From positions 1-64,000 of the forward strand of contig JBJENE010000014.1 of assembly GCA_051880035.1 (NCBI GenBank): a stretch of DNA of 64,000 nucleotides, written 5' to 3'. This document shows, piece by piece, positions 49,483-61,988 of this stretch. The notes under the pieces are model-generated. The model had not been told where the DNA came from. It did no database searches and saw only the letters and a list, made by a program, of their open reading frames with translations. The position numbers and the translations under genes are program-made. How positions within the stretch are numbered: position 1 is the first letter of the stretch; each line of letters begins with the position of its first letter. The DNA is from Butyrivibrio sp. (GTDB lineage Bacteria; Bacillota; Clostridia; Lachnospirales; Lachnospiraceae).

Positions 49483-49515
49483 GAAAAACGGCATCTGAAT
49501 CTCTTCAGATGCCGT
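49483..49515 (-). terminator. riboswitch expression-platform terminator
   Basis: Minus strand CGGCATCTGAAGAGATTCAGATGCCG followed by TTTTTC, between the FMN aptamer and ribU. Confidence 0.6.
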
Positions 49516-49571
49516 AAAGTACATGTCCATATATACCCTGTGCCTCAACTAAAGCACAAAGTCATTAATGT

Positions 49572-49680
49572 CATCTTCTTCCATCCAGACTATACTGTCG
49601 GTACCGGAGTCTCACCGGTTCATGCTTAACGCTCGCGGACTATACCGCCGATTGGGAATTGCACCCTGCCCTGAAGATAT
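49572..49680 (-). ncRNA. FMN riboswitch (RFN element) aptamer
   Basis: Minus strand ...TCTTCAGGGCAGGGTGCAATTCCCAATCGGCGGTATAGTCCGCGAGCG...AACCGGTGAGACTCCGGTACCGACAGTATAGTCTGGATGGAAGAAGATGA matches conserved RFN segments (GGGCAGGGTGAAATTCCC, CGGCGGTA, CCGACAGT...GTCTGGATG) with P1 TCTTC/GAAGA. Confidence 0.85.
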
Positions 49681-49740
49681 TTCGTTATTTTTCATCACGG
49701 TATTATAATAGTGCCATTAATCATGTATGTCAATACTAAT

Positions 49741-50469
49741 TTACTCCAAAAGGCTGTCATTAAGTATATTAATATAATTTTCATACATCATCACTCTGCA
49801 TCTTTCTTCGCCGCAAAGCTTCTGTAATGCCGTCTCCGCCTTATTTAACAGTCCGGTATCCATATTGGTTTTATCCGTACTTATAAGATGAATGCATTTC
49901 CCAAGTATAAGGCTTTCAATGAATCTCTGTTTGGACTTGGAAAGCTTATGGGGCATTGCGGATATGTTCATAAGAAAATACGCGCCATATTCCATGAGTT
50001 CTTTAACATCATCCGTATCTCTCATGCTGTCATACATAAAAATATTCTCTATGATAACTCTGTATCCCCTTTTGAAGGCTTCCTCCACACCATCCCTTAT
50101 GAATCTCACGGACGCATCCTGCTCAAACTCCAGCAACACATATCTGCTGTTCCCAATCGTAATTACAGGCTCATCATTGCCTGATGAAAAAACTCCTCTG
50201 TAATACCGCACTCTGCTGCCGGTATATACTGTGGCACCGGGATACCTTTGCTTCAAAAGTTCCGCTGTTTCTTTGGCCGCTTTAACCCGTCTTAAGTTAT
50301 GCTGTCTGCCGTCCTGATAATAAAACTGTGGTGTAAGAATAAAAATCCTTACACCGCTTTCATACATCATATTGCCGGCATACATTATACCGGCATTATT
50401 TCCGGCTCCGTCTATATATTTATTGTTCTGAAAATTCAAAAAGCTTCCGTAACTCCATAAATCACTCAT
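49741..50469 (-). CDS. CpsB/YwqE-like PHP-family tyrosine-phosphatase homolog with substituted metal-binding histidines (predicted pseudo-enzyme)
   Basis: MSDLWSYGSF aligns with CpsB MIDIHSHIVF (H to W, H to Y). RYVLLEFE matches RYALIEFS, and KCIHLISTDKTN matches LVHVVASDMHNL (H to T). The start codon lies 1 nt after the stop of the upstream GGDEF gene. Confidence 0.5.
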   Translation of the reverse strand: MSDLWSYGSFLNFQNNKYIDGAGNNAGIMYAGNMMYESGVRIFILTPQFYYQDGRQHNLRRVKAAKETAELLKQRYPGATVYTGSRVRYYRGVFSSGNDEPVITIGNSRYVLLEFEQDASVRFIRDGVEEAFKRGYRVIIENIFMYDSMRDTDDVKELMEYGAYFLMNISAMPHKLSKSKQRFIESLILGKCIHLISTDKTNMDTGLLNKAETALQKLCGEERCRVMMYENYINILNDSLLE

Positions 50470-50470
50470 A

Positions 50471-52429
50471 TCATGCCAACCATTCTTTTTCAAATTCATC
50501 CCGGGAAAGTAATCTGTCAGGGTAAATCAGCAAATCACACGGGCTGTCTTTATCATCACTGCACAATAAGAATCCCATTTCTTTCTTAATATCGGACAGG
50601 CCTTTAACAACCGCTGTACCCAGTGTACCTTTTTTCTTCAGGAATTCATCGGAAACCGTAACCACAGAGGCTTTGTATACCGATATCCGTTCGAGTGACA
50701 TATCACCTTTTCCGAAATCATCCAAAGCCACACCGATTCCGTGTACCCTCAGAACATCCAGAGTAGATACCGCCTTATCCACATCCCTGAGTACGGTAGT
50801 TTCCGAAATGTTTAAAAATATATTTCCGGAATCCGCTCTGTTTTCTCTGATTGTATCAAGACATTTTGAAACCGGATTCCCTGCAATAAGCTGTACGGCA
50901 TATACCGGGATAAGCATTTTAAGATTTTCGTCATACTCCGAATTCCACGATGAAAGTATCTTACATGATTCATCAAGAACATAATCCCCAACAATTCCGG
51001 CTACTCCAAGGTTTTCAACTGCATCTGAAAACTCATCCGGTTCTATATCCGAATCCGGGTCAGAAAGGGACACCGATACTTTCACGGCAGAAAGCCTGTT
51101 GTTAACATCCACAACAGGAAGAAAACAAAGCTTAAGTCCACCGCAGTCACCTGAAACGGCATTTTTAACGGCAGCCTCAACATAGTTCATCCGTCTGTTT
51201 CTGTCGTTTTCATCGTCAGAATACCATAAATACCTGTTTTTGCCGCCTTTTTTGGCCTGATACATTGCATAATCTGCTTTTTTCAAAACATCATGCACAT
51301 GGGAACCGCAGTCAGGGAAAACAGCAAGACCCATACTCATTGTACAGTAATATTCCGTTCCCAGTATCATCCAAGGTTCTCCGAATCTTTTACTTATATT
51401 ATCAACAATTCCCGAAATATTTTGAAAATATTCCGGTCTGATAATTATTACAAATTCATCGCCACCCATTCTGTAGCAGCAGTTACTGATTTCAGGTATG
51501 GCTGACAACGCTCCTGCAATCTCCTGCAGAAGTACATCCCCGTACTGATGTCCCAATCCGTCATTAACCTGTTTAAAATCATCCAGGTCGAGAAAAATAA
51601 GTGCACCACGCTCTTTATTACATACGGCTTTTTCAATAACCTCTTTAACATCCCTCTCACACTTCATTCTGTTAAACAGACCCGTCAGATAATCATTATT
51701 GGCCTGATATTCTATTCTCTGCTGGTTTTTAACCTTCTGCGTAACATCGATTACGGTACACAGAAGTACCTCCCTGCCGTCGATCCAGTTAAGTCCGGTA
51801 AACTGCACATCAAACCACAATCCCGTCTCAGTATCATATATTTCATACAGATTTCTGCTTCCGGTTTCAATATATTTAATAAGGGCCGTTCCCATGGCAT
51901 TCTGCATTGCCACAGACTCCGCTCCCAGCCTGTTTAGCATAAGGACATTTTTTTCTTTCCGGTCAAGAACGGCAACCCCTGAAGGTATTTCATCAAGAAT
52001 CACCCCAAGAAGCTTAAGAGAATTTTCCATGGAATCCTCAAAATTTTTTCTGGATGCAATACTCTGAATAATGAGAGTAATTGTCTCCAATGCTTTTTTC
52101 TGTTCTTCGCTGCATTCCTTTGAACCGAAAAAGGCACACACATACATGGCTGCCTCATTCCTGATTACTACCGGAAACGCCAAAATATTATTCTGCTCCA
52201 GAGATTTTTTGGATGTATCTTCTCCTTCCGGAAAAAACTCTGCATTCGCATCGGTAGTCTCAGATATGATAACTTTCAATGTGTCGGAATCCGGGTATGA
52301 CTGCATCAGGTACAGACTGTCAGTTCCCAAATCAGCCATCATATCTTTAAAGATATTTCTGGCTATTGTAACAAAGTCTTCGTCATATACCAGATATTTA
52401 ACTAATTGTGACATACCAAATTCGTACAT
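50471..52429 (-). CDS. diguanylate cyclase (sensor domains + GGDEF) with degenerate EAL-like C-terminal domain
   Basis: Intact RMGGDEF; the C-terminal about 250 aa has EAL-domain landmarks (DDFGKG) but no EAL motif. Confidence 0.75.
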   Translation of the reverse strand: MYEFGMSQLVKYLVYDEDFVTIARNIFKDMMADLGTDSLYLMQSYPDSDTLKVIISETTDANAEFFPEGEDTSKKSLEQNNILAFPVVIRNEAAMYVCAFFGSKECSEEQKKALETITLIIQSIASRKNFEDSMENSLKLLGVILDEIPSGVAVLDRKEKNVLMLNRLGAESVAMQNAMGTALIKYIETGSRNLYEIYDTETGLWFDVQFTGLNWIDGREVLLCTVIDVTQKVKNQQRIEYQANNDYLTGLFNRMKCERDVKEVIEKAVCNKERGALIFLDLDDFKQVNDGLGHQYGDVLLQEIAGALSAIPEISNCCYRMGGDEFVIIIRPEYFQNISGIVDNISKRFGEPWMILGTEYYCTMSMGLAVFPDCGSHVHDVLKKADYAMYQAKKGGKNRYLWYSDDENDRNRRMNYVEAAVKNAVSGDCGGLKLCFLPVVDVNNRLSAVKVSVSLSDPDSDIEPDEFSDAVENLGVAGIVGDYVLDESCKILSSWNSEYDENLKMLIPVYAVQLIAGNPVSKCLDTIRENRADSGNIFLNISETTVLRDVDKAVSTLDVLRVHGIGVALDDFGKGDMSLERISVYKASVVTVSDEFLKKKGTLGTAVVKGLSDIKKEMGFLLCSDDKDSPCDLLIYPDRLLSRDEFEKEWLA

Positions 52430-52443
52430 GTAAACCGCCCCGT

Positions 52444-53898
52444 TTATTTTTCGATAACAAAAATATAATGTTCTTCTTTATCTTTCAGCACCAGTTCTTT
52501 AAGAAGCTTCCACTCTTCATCAAGACGCAGATTTTTTCTGACAAGATTCTTTTTATCTGAATATAAAATCATTCTTCCGTTTTTCTTAAGAAGCTTTTTG
52601 GCACTGTCAAAAAATTTCGTATAAAAATCATCAGCTTCAGTTCCTGCAAAATCAGGCATATTGGTTATTATTTCATCAAAAAGATGCTTACTCGTAAAAT
52701 CAAAAAAATTACGATTGACAAAATTAATATTTACGCCTGCAAGGCCGGCATTTTCCCTTCCGCCCTCAACTGCCTTTCCAAATGTGTCCACTCCGTACAT
52801 ATGCCCGGCTTTAACAACCCGGTTTCTTTCAATAAGCATGGTTCCCACACCACAGCAGGGATCAAGAACCGTAGCATCCTTCTTAAGGTAATCCTTTACA
52901 AGAGCAGTAATGACAGCCGCATTAACCGGATTTATGGATGCAGCCACATAATTTTTCCTGTATCGGAATCTTGTATCATCAAAGGTATGCAGTTTTACAA
53001 AAACCCCATACCTGTCATTTGCGGCAGCAATAAGTTTCAATTCTATCTCATAATCGGATGGGGAATTAACAAGCCTTCCTCCGGAAAGTGCCTGTATTCT
53101 TGATGCAATATCTCCTGTATCCGGATTATTTGCTGTAACCCTGAAATAAAAAGGGCTGTCATTCTTTCCATGAAGCATATCAAGAACAGACATAAGATTT
53201 CCCTCAGCTACAGCCTTTGGAAGTTCTGCTTTGGTATAACTTTTCATTCCGTTAACCGGAAAAAGCATTTCTCTGTAATACCGTATATCCGATAAAGCTC
53301 TGATATCTTTTGTTACTGTCATCACACCGCAGAAAACCTTACGGACATCCTTACAAACCGCTCTTTTATCTATCTCTTTACATAAAAGTTCCGTAACTTC
53401 TTCCCTTGCAGCAAGAATAACCCTTACCGGAACAGCCGGATTAACCGCAGTATGTCTCTTTCTTTGAGTTTCATCATCAAGCATTCCACAGAGAACTTTC
53501 AATTCTTCAGCTATATGTTTTACATCTCCGGAATCAAAATCACCGCTCTCGATATACTTTTTGCGTTCGGATAAATACTCCTTATACGCGTCATATGGAT
53601 AATTCTTAAGAGCTTTAAGGTATGCACTCCTTACAAAAAGAGTTTCTTCTTTACAATATGCTTTAAAAAGTATATCGCCATACTCCTCTTCGCCCAAAAT
53701 GCCCATTATCAGTGCCGCATTTTTACGGACCTTAGGGTCCTCATTTTCAAGCAAAAACGGGAATAAGGAAGCCTGATACAGAGGTTCCTTTTTGAGAACC
53801 TCTTTGTTATCCGCTTCCTGTAATAATTCCTTTATTTTAATCAAATTGGCACGCACATTGACATGCTGCGTCAATTCATTAAGGTTTTGTTCAAACAT
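52444..53898 (-). CDS. class I SAM-dependent methyltransferase (UPF0020/RlmL-like N6-adenine-type) with THUMP-like and N-terminal HEAT-like regions
   Basis: LDPCCGVGTMLIE (motif I) and ITNMPDF (motif IV-like NPPY variant); N-terminal KVRKNAALIMGILGEEEYG HEAT-like repeats. Confidence 0.5.
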   Translation of the reverse strand: MFEQNLNELTQHVNVRANLIKIKELLQEADNKEVLKKEPLYQASLFPFLLENEDPKVRKNAALIMGILGEEEYGDILFKAYCKEETLFVRSAYLKALKNYPYDAYKEYLSERKKYIESGDFDSGDVKHIAEELKVLCGMLDDETQRKRHTAVNPAVPVRVILAAREEVTELLCKEIDKRAVCKDVRKVFCGVMTVTKDIRALSDIRYYREMLFPVNGMKSYTKAELPKAVAEGNLMSVLDMLHGKNDSPFYFRVTANNPDTGDIASRIQALSGGRLVNSPSDYEIELKLIAAANDRYGVFVKLHTFDDTRFRYRKNYVAASINPVNAAVITALVKDYLKKDATVLDPCCGVGTMLIERNRVVKAGHMYGVDTFGKAVEGGRENAGLAGVNINFVNRNFFDFTSKHLFDEIITNMPDFAGTEADDFYTKFFDSAKKLLKKNGRMILYSDKKNLVRKNLRLDEEWKLLKELVLKDKEEHYIFVIEK

Positions 53899-55568
53899 TA
53901 TGCTTCATCCTTTACATAGCCCGCAATATTAACTGCATGGTCGGAAACCCTTTCCAGATTCGTAAGAACATTGAGAAAGATAACTCCTGTCTCGGAATTG
54001 CATTCTCTCCTTGAAAGACGCTCAATATGCCTTTCGCGGATTTCTTCTTCAAGTGCATCCACATCATCTTCAAATCTAAAAGTTTTCCTTGCCATTTCAA
54101 GGTTACAATTCTCTCTTGCGGCCACTGCACTGTCCACTGCTCCTTCTGCCGCGAAACGGATTTTCTTCAAATCGTTAAGTCCGTATTCTGAAAAAGTCAG
54201 TGAATTATCATGAAGCTTTTGGGCCAGTTCGGCTATGTTTTCGGAATGATCTCCTATTCTCTCCAAATCGATTATTGTGTAGATAAGGTTTTTGACCTGA
54301 CGGCTCTGCCTGTCCGTAAGTCCCGCATTACTTAATTTTACAAGGAAATCCGAAATCTCCGCTACATAATCATCAATATGTTTTTCCGTATCAAGAACGG
54401 TATCCAGAAGTTCGTACTTATTGTCCGTAAGCATATCAAGGCTTCGCTTAATATTTTCTGAACATATCTTACCTAATTTCACAACATAATTGTTAACTGC
54501 CTGTATACTTAATGACGGTGTATTAAGAATACGGTCATCAAGGTGGGTAACACCATCCTGCTGTACAACAACTTCTTTTCCTTTTCCTTCGTCCTTGTCT
54601 TTGATTATCTTTTCTGATAACTTAACAAGTTTTCCCGCAAATCCGTAGAAAATAATTATTGAAGCCAGATTAAAGCACAGATGGAAAAGTGCTATTGAAA
54701 CACTGGACATAATATATGTCTGCTTTTCAGGGAAAATTTTAAAGAAAATAAATATCAATGTTCCCCAGATAAGAACGCCCAATGTATTAAAGGCCATATT
54801 AATTACCGCCGCTCTCTTGGCATTTTTGGATGCACCCGCACTTGATAAAAGAGCGGTAAAACATGAACCTATATTGGCACCCAGACAGATAAACACCGCC
54901 GTTCCTGCCGGTACTATGCCAAAGCCCGCCATTGTCTGCAATACTCCGACGGATGCTGATGAACTCTGCATAATTCCCGTTACAACTATACCTATCAATA
55001 ATCCTAAGAACGGATTTGAACCTATGGTAAGAAATACATCCTGCATAGCTTCGTTTTTCATGTATACTTCCATGGCGTCCTGCATAATGCACAGTCCGAA
55101 AAAGAGCATTCCAAGTGCAAGAATAATTTCACCCATGTTCTGCTTCTTATGATTCTTGCAAAACATCACAAAAGCTGCACCAATTCCGATTAAAAACGGT
55201 GCAAAAAAACTTGGTTTAAGGAAATCTATTGCTCCTCCCACGGAATTAAGTGAAACAATCCATGCCGTAATAGTTGTACCGATATTGGCACCCATAATTA
55301 CACCGACGGACTGCATAAGATTCATAATTCCGGCATTAACAAAACCAACCACCATTACGGTAGTGGCTCCGGAGCTCTGGATGATTGCAGTTATAAGCGC
55401 ACCTACAAGAATCCCCATTATCCTTTTGTTGGTAACCGCATTCAACAGACTCTTCATTTTATCGCCGGCCGCTTTCTGAAGACCCTGGGACATTATTTTC
55501 ATTCCATAGAGGAACATTCCAAGTCCGCCGGCAAACATAAACAATCTGGACACATCATTTATTGTCAT
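53898..55568 (-). CDS. Na+/phosphate cotransporter family protein (NptA-type with C-terminal PhoU-like domains)
   Basis: Duplicated Na_Pi_cotrans signature QSSGATT / QSSSASVG; C-terminal soluble PhoU-like region; 556 aa. Confidence 0.8.
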   Translation of the reverse strand: MTINDVSRLFMFAGGLGMFLYGMKIMSQGLQKAAGDKMKSLLNAVTNKRIMGILVGALITAIIQSSGATTVMVVGFVNAGIMNLMQSVGVIMGANIGTTITAWIVSLNSVGGAIDFLKPSFFAPFLIGIGAAFVMFCKNHKKQNMGEIILALGMLFFGLCIMQDAMEVYMKNEAMQDVFLTIGSNPFLGLLIGIVVTGIMQSSSASVGVLQTMAGFGIVPAGTAVFICLGANIGSCFTALLSSAGASKNAKRAAVINMAFNTLGVLIWGTLIFIFFKIFPEKQTYIMSSVSIALFHLCFNLASIIIFYGFAGKLVKLSEKIIKDKDEGKGKEVVVQQDGVTHLDDRILNTPSLSIQAVNNYVVKLGKICSENIKRSLDMLTDNKYELLDTVLDTEKHIDDYVAEISDFLVKLSNAGLTDRQSRQVKNLIYTIIDLERIGDHSENIAELAQKLHDNSLTFSEYGLNDLKKIRFAAEGAVDSAVAARENCNLEMARKTFRFEDDVDALEEEIRERHIERLSRRECNSETGVIFLNVLTNLERVSDHAVNIAGYVKDEA

Positions 55569-55596
55569 TTCAATATAATCCTTTCGCTTTTGAATA

Positions 55597-56274
55597 TTAC
55601 TGATTATTCAACATATTCTCTACTGCCATCTTAAACGCATACCATTCATCCTCATTTTCAACATAATATAACGGGCAGTGTTTTCCCGTAACATCATAAT
55701 GCCTTATAACATCCGTCTGAGGATTAAGTCCGTATGTCCTGCATAGTGCCGCCGTAAGTTCAACAAGGGAATCATATGTGCTTCGGTTGAATTTTCCCGT
55801 AGCATCAGGATGACAATTTTCAATTGCAATAGTGTCATCATTTCTGTCATTAGAAGCATAAGATATCTCACTAAGGGGCACGCATTGGATAATTTCACCT
55901 TCAAGCCCGATTATATAATGGCTGCTTGCACTTCTCTCATGTGTATCTTTAAGATTTTCAAAATAATTCCTGTTCTGTGCCGCAGTTGTTCCCGGGTTGC
56001 CCACATAGTGAACTACTATGGCATTAACCTGACTTAATTCGTCTCCCGGACGGGAATAAGGATTAACCGTAAGATAATCCGCAGTAATCCTGTCACTCGT
56101 CAGAAAAGGATCCAAAACAACAGTCTCTTTAGGCCCGCTATCATCATCCGAACCCGCATAATTTCCGCTTACTTTGTCTTTATTAATCAGGCTGTCTGCA
56201 ACAACAATACAGCCTACAATAACCAAAACCACCACTGAGCTTATTAAAACAGCTTTCAAGTGTTTAACCTTCAT
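55597..56274 (-). CDS. N-acetylmuramoyl-L-alanine amidase (Amidase_2/PGRP fold), membrane-anchored
   Basis: N-terminal TM; AIVVHYVGNPGTTAA...SSHYIIGLEGEI typical of the amidase_2 zinc site. Confidence 0.7.
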   Translation of the reverse strand: MKVKHLKAVLISSVVVLVIVGCIVVADSLINKDKVSGNYAGSDDDSGPKETVVLDPFLTSDRITADYLTVNPYSRPGDELSQVNAIVVHYVGNPGTTAAQNRNYFENLKDTHERSASSHYIIGLEGEIIQCVPLSEISYASNDRNDDTIAIENCHPDATGKFNRSTYDSLVELTAALCRTYGLNPQTDVIRHYDVTGKHCPLYYVENEDEWYAFKMAVENMLNNQ

Positions 56275-56348
56275 GTATTCTTCCCCATTCTTCCTATCGC
56301 CATGACACAATAAGGGGTTCCCGAATACTCGACAACCCCTTATGAATT

Positions 56349-57890
<1,542 letters not shown>

Positions 57891-57920
57891 TCAAAAAAGT
57901 CAATCCGAAAAAATTCATTC

Positions 57921-58442
57921 TCAGTCTGAATATATTTTTCTTGCGTAACTTCTCTGAAGTCTTTCAATCAGTTCTTCATTAGGCGTGAATTTCAATTCAG
58001 CCACCCCGTTGGCGTCATCATATAAAACTGCAACATAATTGTTCTGTGAAGAATCGTGTGAAGAATAATCATATACCTTCCTGTTGCTGTTACCGGTTCT
58101 GATATGTGAAGAACCCTCAGGAGCCATATAATCCATCTTGGCAAAATTAAAAGTTCTGACTCTCTTTCTGACCTTCCTGCCCATAATACGGTCAATTACC
58201 ATCTCTCCGTCAAAAAAAGAATACTCATACTCAATATTGGTGTTACGGAATACCAGATATGTGAAAATACACATAAGTAAAATTACAAACGGAAAAAGGA
58301 AAATAACAAAAGGATATTTAAGAATAAGGACAATTCCTGCAAACATTAATATAACATCCAACAGAATCATTCCTATTCTCTTAGCATATTCCTTTCCGGT
58401 TAATTTACTTTTTACCAGACATTCGACTACTGTTTCAAGCAT
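57921..58442 (-). CDS. hypothetical membrane protein (two N-terminal TM helices + soluble domain)
   Basis: MLETVVE... start with GAAAGGAAA RBS; no known motifs. Confidence 0.45.
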   Translation of the reverse strand: MLETVVECLVKSKLTGKEYAKRIGMILLDVILMFAGIVLILKYPFVIFLFPFVILLMCIFTYLVFRNTNIEYEYSFFDGEMVIDRIMGRKVRKRVRTFNFAKMDYMAPEGSSHIRTGNSNRKVYDYSSHDSSQNNYVAVLYDDANGVAELKFTPNEELIERLQRSYARKIYSD

Positions 58443-58542
58443 TAGTTTATTTCCTTTCATATATTCGTATACATCTTCTATTGTACTAAGTTTTTAGTGT
58501 AAAGAAAAGTATAAAATTATAAAATTTTTATTTTTTTATATA

Positions 58543-58600
58543 AAACAAACAGGTCCGGACCATATGTTTGAAACATTGTCCCAGGACCTGTTTATCTGAT
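58543..58600 (-). terminator. terminator after groEL
   Basis: AAACAGGTCC...GGACCTGTTT long hairpin followed by GTTTT on the minus strand. Confidence 0.5.
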
Positions 58601-58618
58601 TTAAAAGGCTTTATGATA

Positions 58619-60253
<1,635 letters not shown>

Positions 60254-60273
60254 TCAAAACCTCCATACAAAAA

Positions 60274-60558
60274 TTATTCAATAACTGCAAGAATGTCATT
60301 CTGCCTTACAACGATTAACTCTTCGTCATCAAGTTTAACTTCTGTTCCTGCATATTTAGAGAAAATAACCTTATCTCCAACCTTAACCTGCATCGTAACT
60401 TCTTTGCCGTCTACTACTCCTCCCGGTCCCACTGCAATAACTTCTGCCTGCTGTGGCTTTTCTTTTGCCTGACCCGGAAGTACAATTCCTGATTTGGTTG
60501 TTTCTTCAGCAACTAACTGCTTTAATACTACTCTGTCTCCTAAAGGTACTAATTTCAT
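60274..60558 (-). CDS. groS: co-chaperonin GroES (10 kDa)
   Basis: MKLVPLGDRVVLKQLVAEETTKSGIVLP... canonical GroES. Confidence 0.95.
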   Translation of the reverse strand: MKLVPLGDRVVLKQLVAEETTKSGIVLPGQAKEKPQQAEVIAVGPGGVVDGKEVTMQVKVGDKVIFSKYAGTEVKLDDEELIVVRQNDILAVIE

Positions 60559-60609
60559 GTATTCTTCCTCCTTATATCATCCCTTGCGGGAATTATTTGC
60601 TTTTTTCTG

Positions 60610-60636
60610 TTAGCACTCACTTTAAACGAGTGCTAA
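60610..60636 (-). promoter_or_regulatory. CIRCE operator (HrcA binding site) for groESL
   Basis: TTAGCACTC-N9-GAGTGCTAA is a perfect match to the CIRCE consensus. Confidence 0.9.
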
Positions 60637-60648
60637 CCGATGAAATAT

Positions 60649-60677
60649 ATATTATCCACTTTGTGATTTATATGCAA
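60649..60677 (-). promoter_or_regulatory. sigma-A promoter of groESL
   Basis: Minus strand TTGCAT-17 nt-TAATAT immediately upstream of CIRCE. Confidence 0.6.
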
Positions 60678-60760
60678 ATATTTCCACCGATTGTTTTGGC
60701 CTGTTTATGTGTGCTTTTCTCTTTTTTTCTCTCGTTTTCTCAATTTTACTAACTTTTTCT

Positions 60761-61627
60761 TTATTTTTTGCCTATTTTATTAATTTTGCCATAATAAAAC
60801 AGATACTGCTGGGCATATCCTCCGTATTCACCAAACTGCTCTGCGGCAAAGCTTTGTATTTCCTGAACCGGTACCGGTTTTTTCATATATAATTCTTCCA
60901 TAATTCTCTTTATCCATACATCTACCGGAAAAGCATTTCTCTTATCCAGGGAAAAAAGAGATACACAGTTGGCAACCTTATCCCCCACCCCTTTGATTGT
61001 TTTGAGTGTTTCCATGCAATCCTCATAAGACATTTCAAGCAGTTTATTTTCATTAATAACACCTTGTGAAACTTTTTCGCAGGCATCAATGATGTAAGGA
61101 GCCCTGAAACCGGCTTTGCATTCCCTGACCGTTTCCTCTCCCGCCATAAGTATTTCTTTTGCACAAGGAAAAGAATACATATCATCCCCAAGATTTCTGC
61201 CGCACCTTAAGGACAACTCCCGTATTATATTTTTAATTCTGGGAATCTGCTGATTCTGCGAAATAATAAACGAAATCAGGGTCTCAAAAAAATCCTGATT
61301 AAGTATTCTCACGCCCCGCATTGCATCTATTGCAGGTTTTAAGAGCTCATCTTTTCTTAAAAGGGCGTTTTTTATCTCACCGTAGTCCCTGTCAAGGTCA
61401 AAATATTTTTCCCATATATTAAAATAATCCTCCTCTGTAGTATCATAGAAGATAAGACTGTTTCCCTGTTGGGCAATATGTAATTTCTTATTCATTGCGG
61501 AAATAAAATATTCCTCTTCGCCGGTTTTTATAAAATGAAAACACTGGCCGCATTCTAAGGTCTGACTTAAAAGAAAATCTTTAACATCCTCCAGAATAAT
61601 ATTATTTTTGTCATTGGTAACTTTCAT
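60761..61627 (-). CDS. ogg: 8-oxoguanine DNA glycosylase / AP lyase (Ogg, HhH-GPD superfamily)
   Basis: OGG_N-like N-terminus and HhH-GPD motif LKTIKGVGDKVANCVSLFSL...D. Confidence 0.7.
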   Translation of the reverse strand: MKVTNDKNNIILEDVKDFLLSQTLECGQCFHFIKTGEEEYFISAMNKKLHIAQQGNSLIFYDTTEEDYFNIWEKYFDLDRDYGEIKNALLRKDELLKPAIDAMRGVRILNQDFFETLISFIISQNQQIPRIKNIIRELSLRCGRNLGDDMYSFPCAKEILMAGEETVRECKAGFRAPYIIDACEKVSQGVINENKLLEMSYEDCMETLKTIKGVGDKVANCVSLFSLDKRNAFPVDVWIKRIMEELYMKKPVPVQEIQSFAAEQFGEYGGYAQQYLFYYGKINKIGKK

Positions 61628-61755
61628 TTTTATCCTCGCTTTTCTTCCATTATGTGTATATACTTCTAAATTTTTTATAAAATATAATGAAGGGCTTTTA
61701 TTTTTTTCATTTTAGTATTAAAATATACTTACAATCACGAAAGGAGTTTACAGAC

Positions 61756-61971
61756 ATGAAAAAGTTTTTTACAGTTTTAGGTGCTGTAGTCGCTTTTGCA
61801 GCTGCCGTTGCAGGCGGAGTTTTCTTATATAATAAATATAAAGAGAACAAATGTGGCTGCGATGATGATTTTGATGATGACTATGATGACGATTTTTCTG
61901 ATGATGACGATGATGAAGAGAGAGCTTATGTTAATATAAGCCCTGAATCAAAAGAGGAGACCGAGGGTTAA
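61756..61971 (+). CDS. small single-TM protein with poly-acidic/aromatic C-terminal tail (paralog of 1934..2194)
   Basis: AAGGAG RBS 9 nt upstream; MKKFFTVLGAVVAFAAAVAGGVFLY then CGCDDDFDDDYDDDFSDDDDDEE. Confidence 0.5.
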   Translation: MKKFFTVLGAVVAFAAAVAGGVFLYNKYKENKCGCDDDFDDDYDDDFSDDDDDEERAYVNISPESKEETEG

Positions 61972-61988
61972 TCCCCGGTTTCCTTTTT

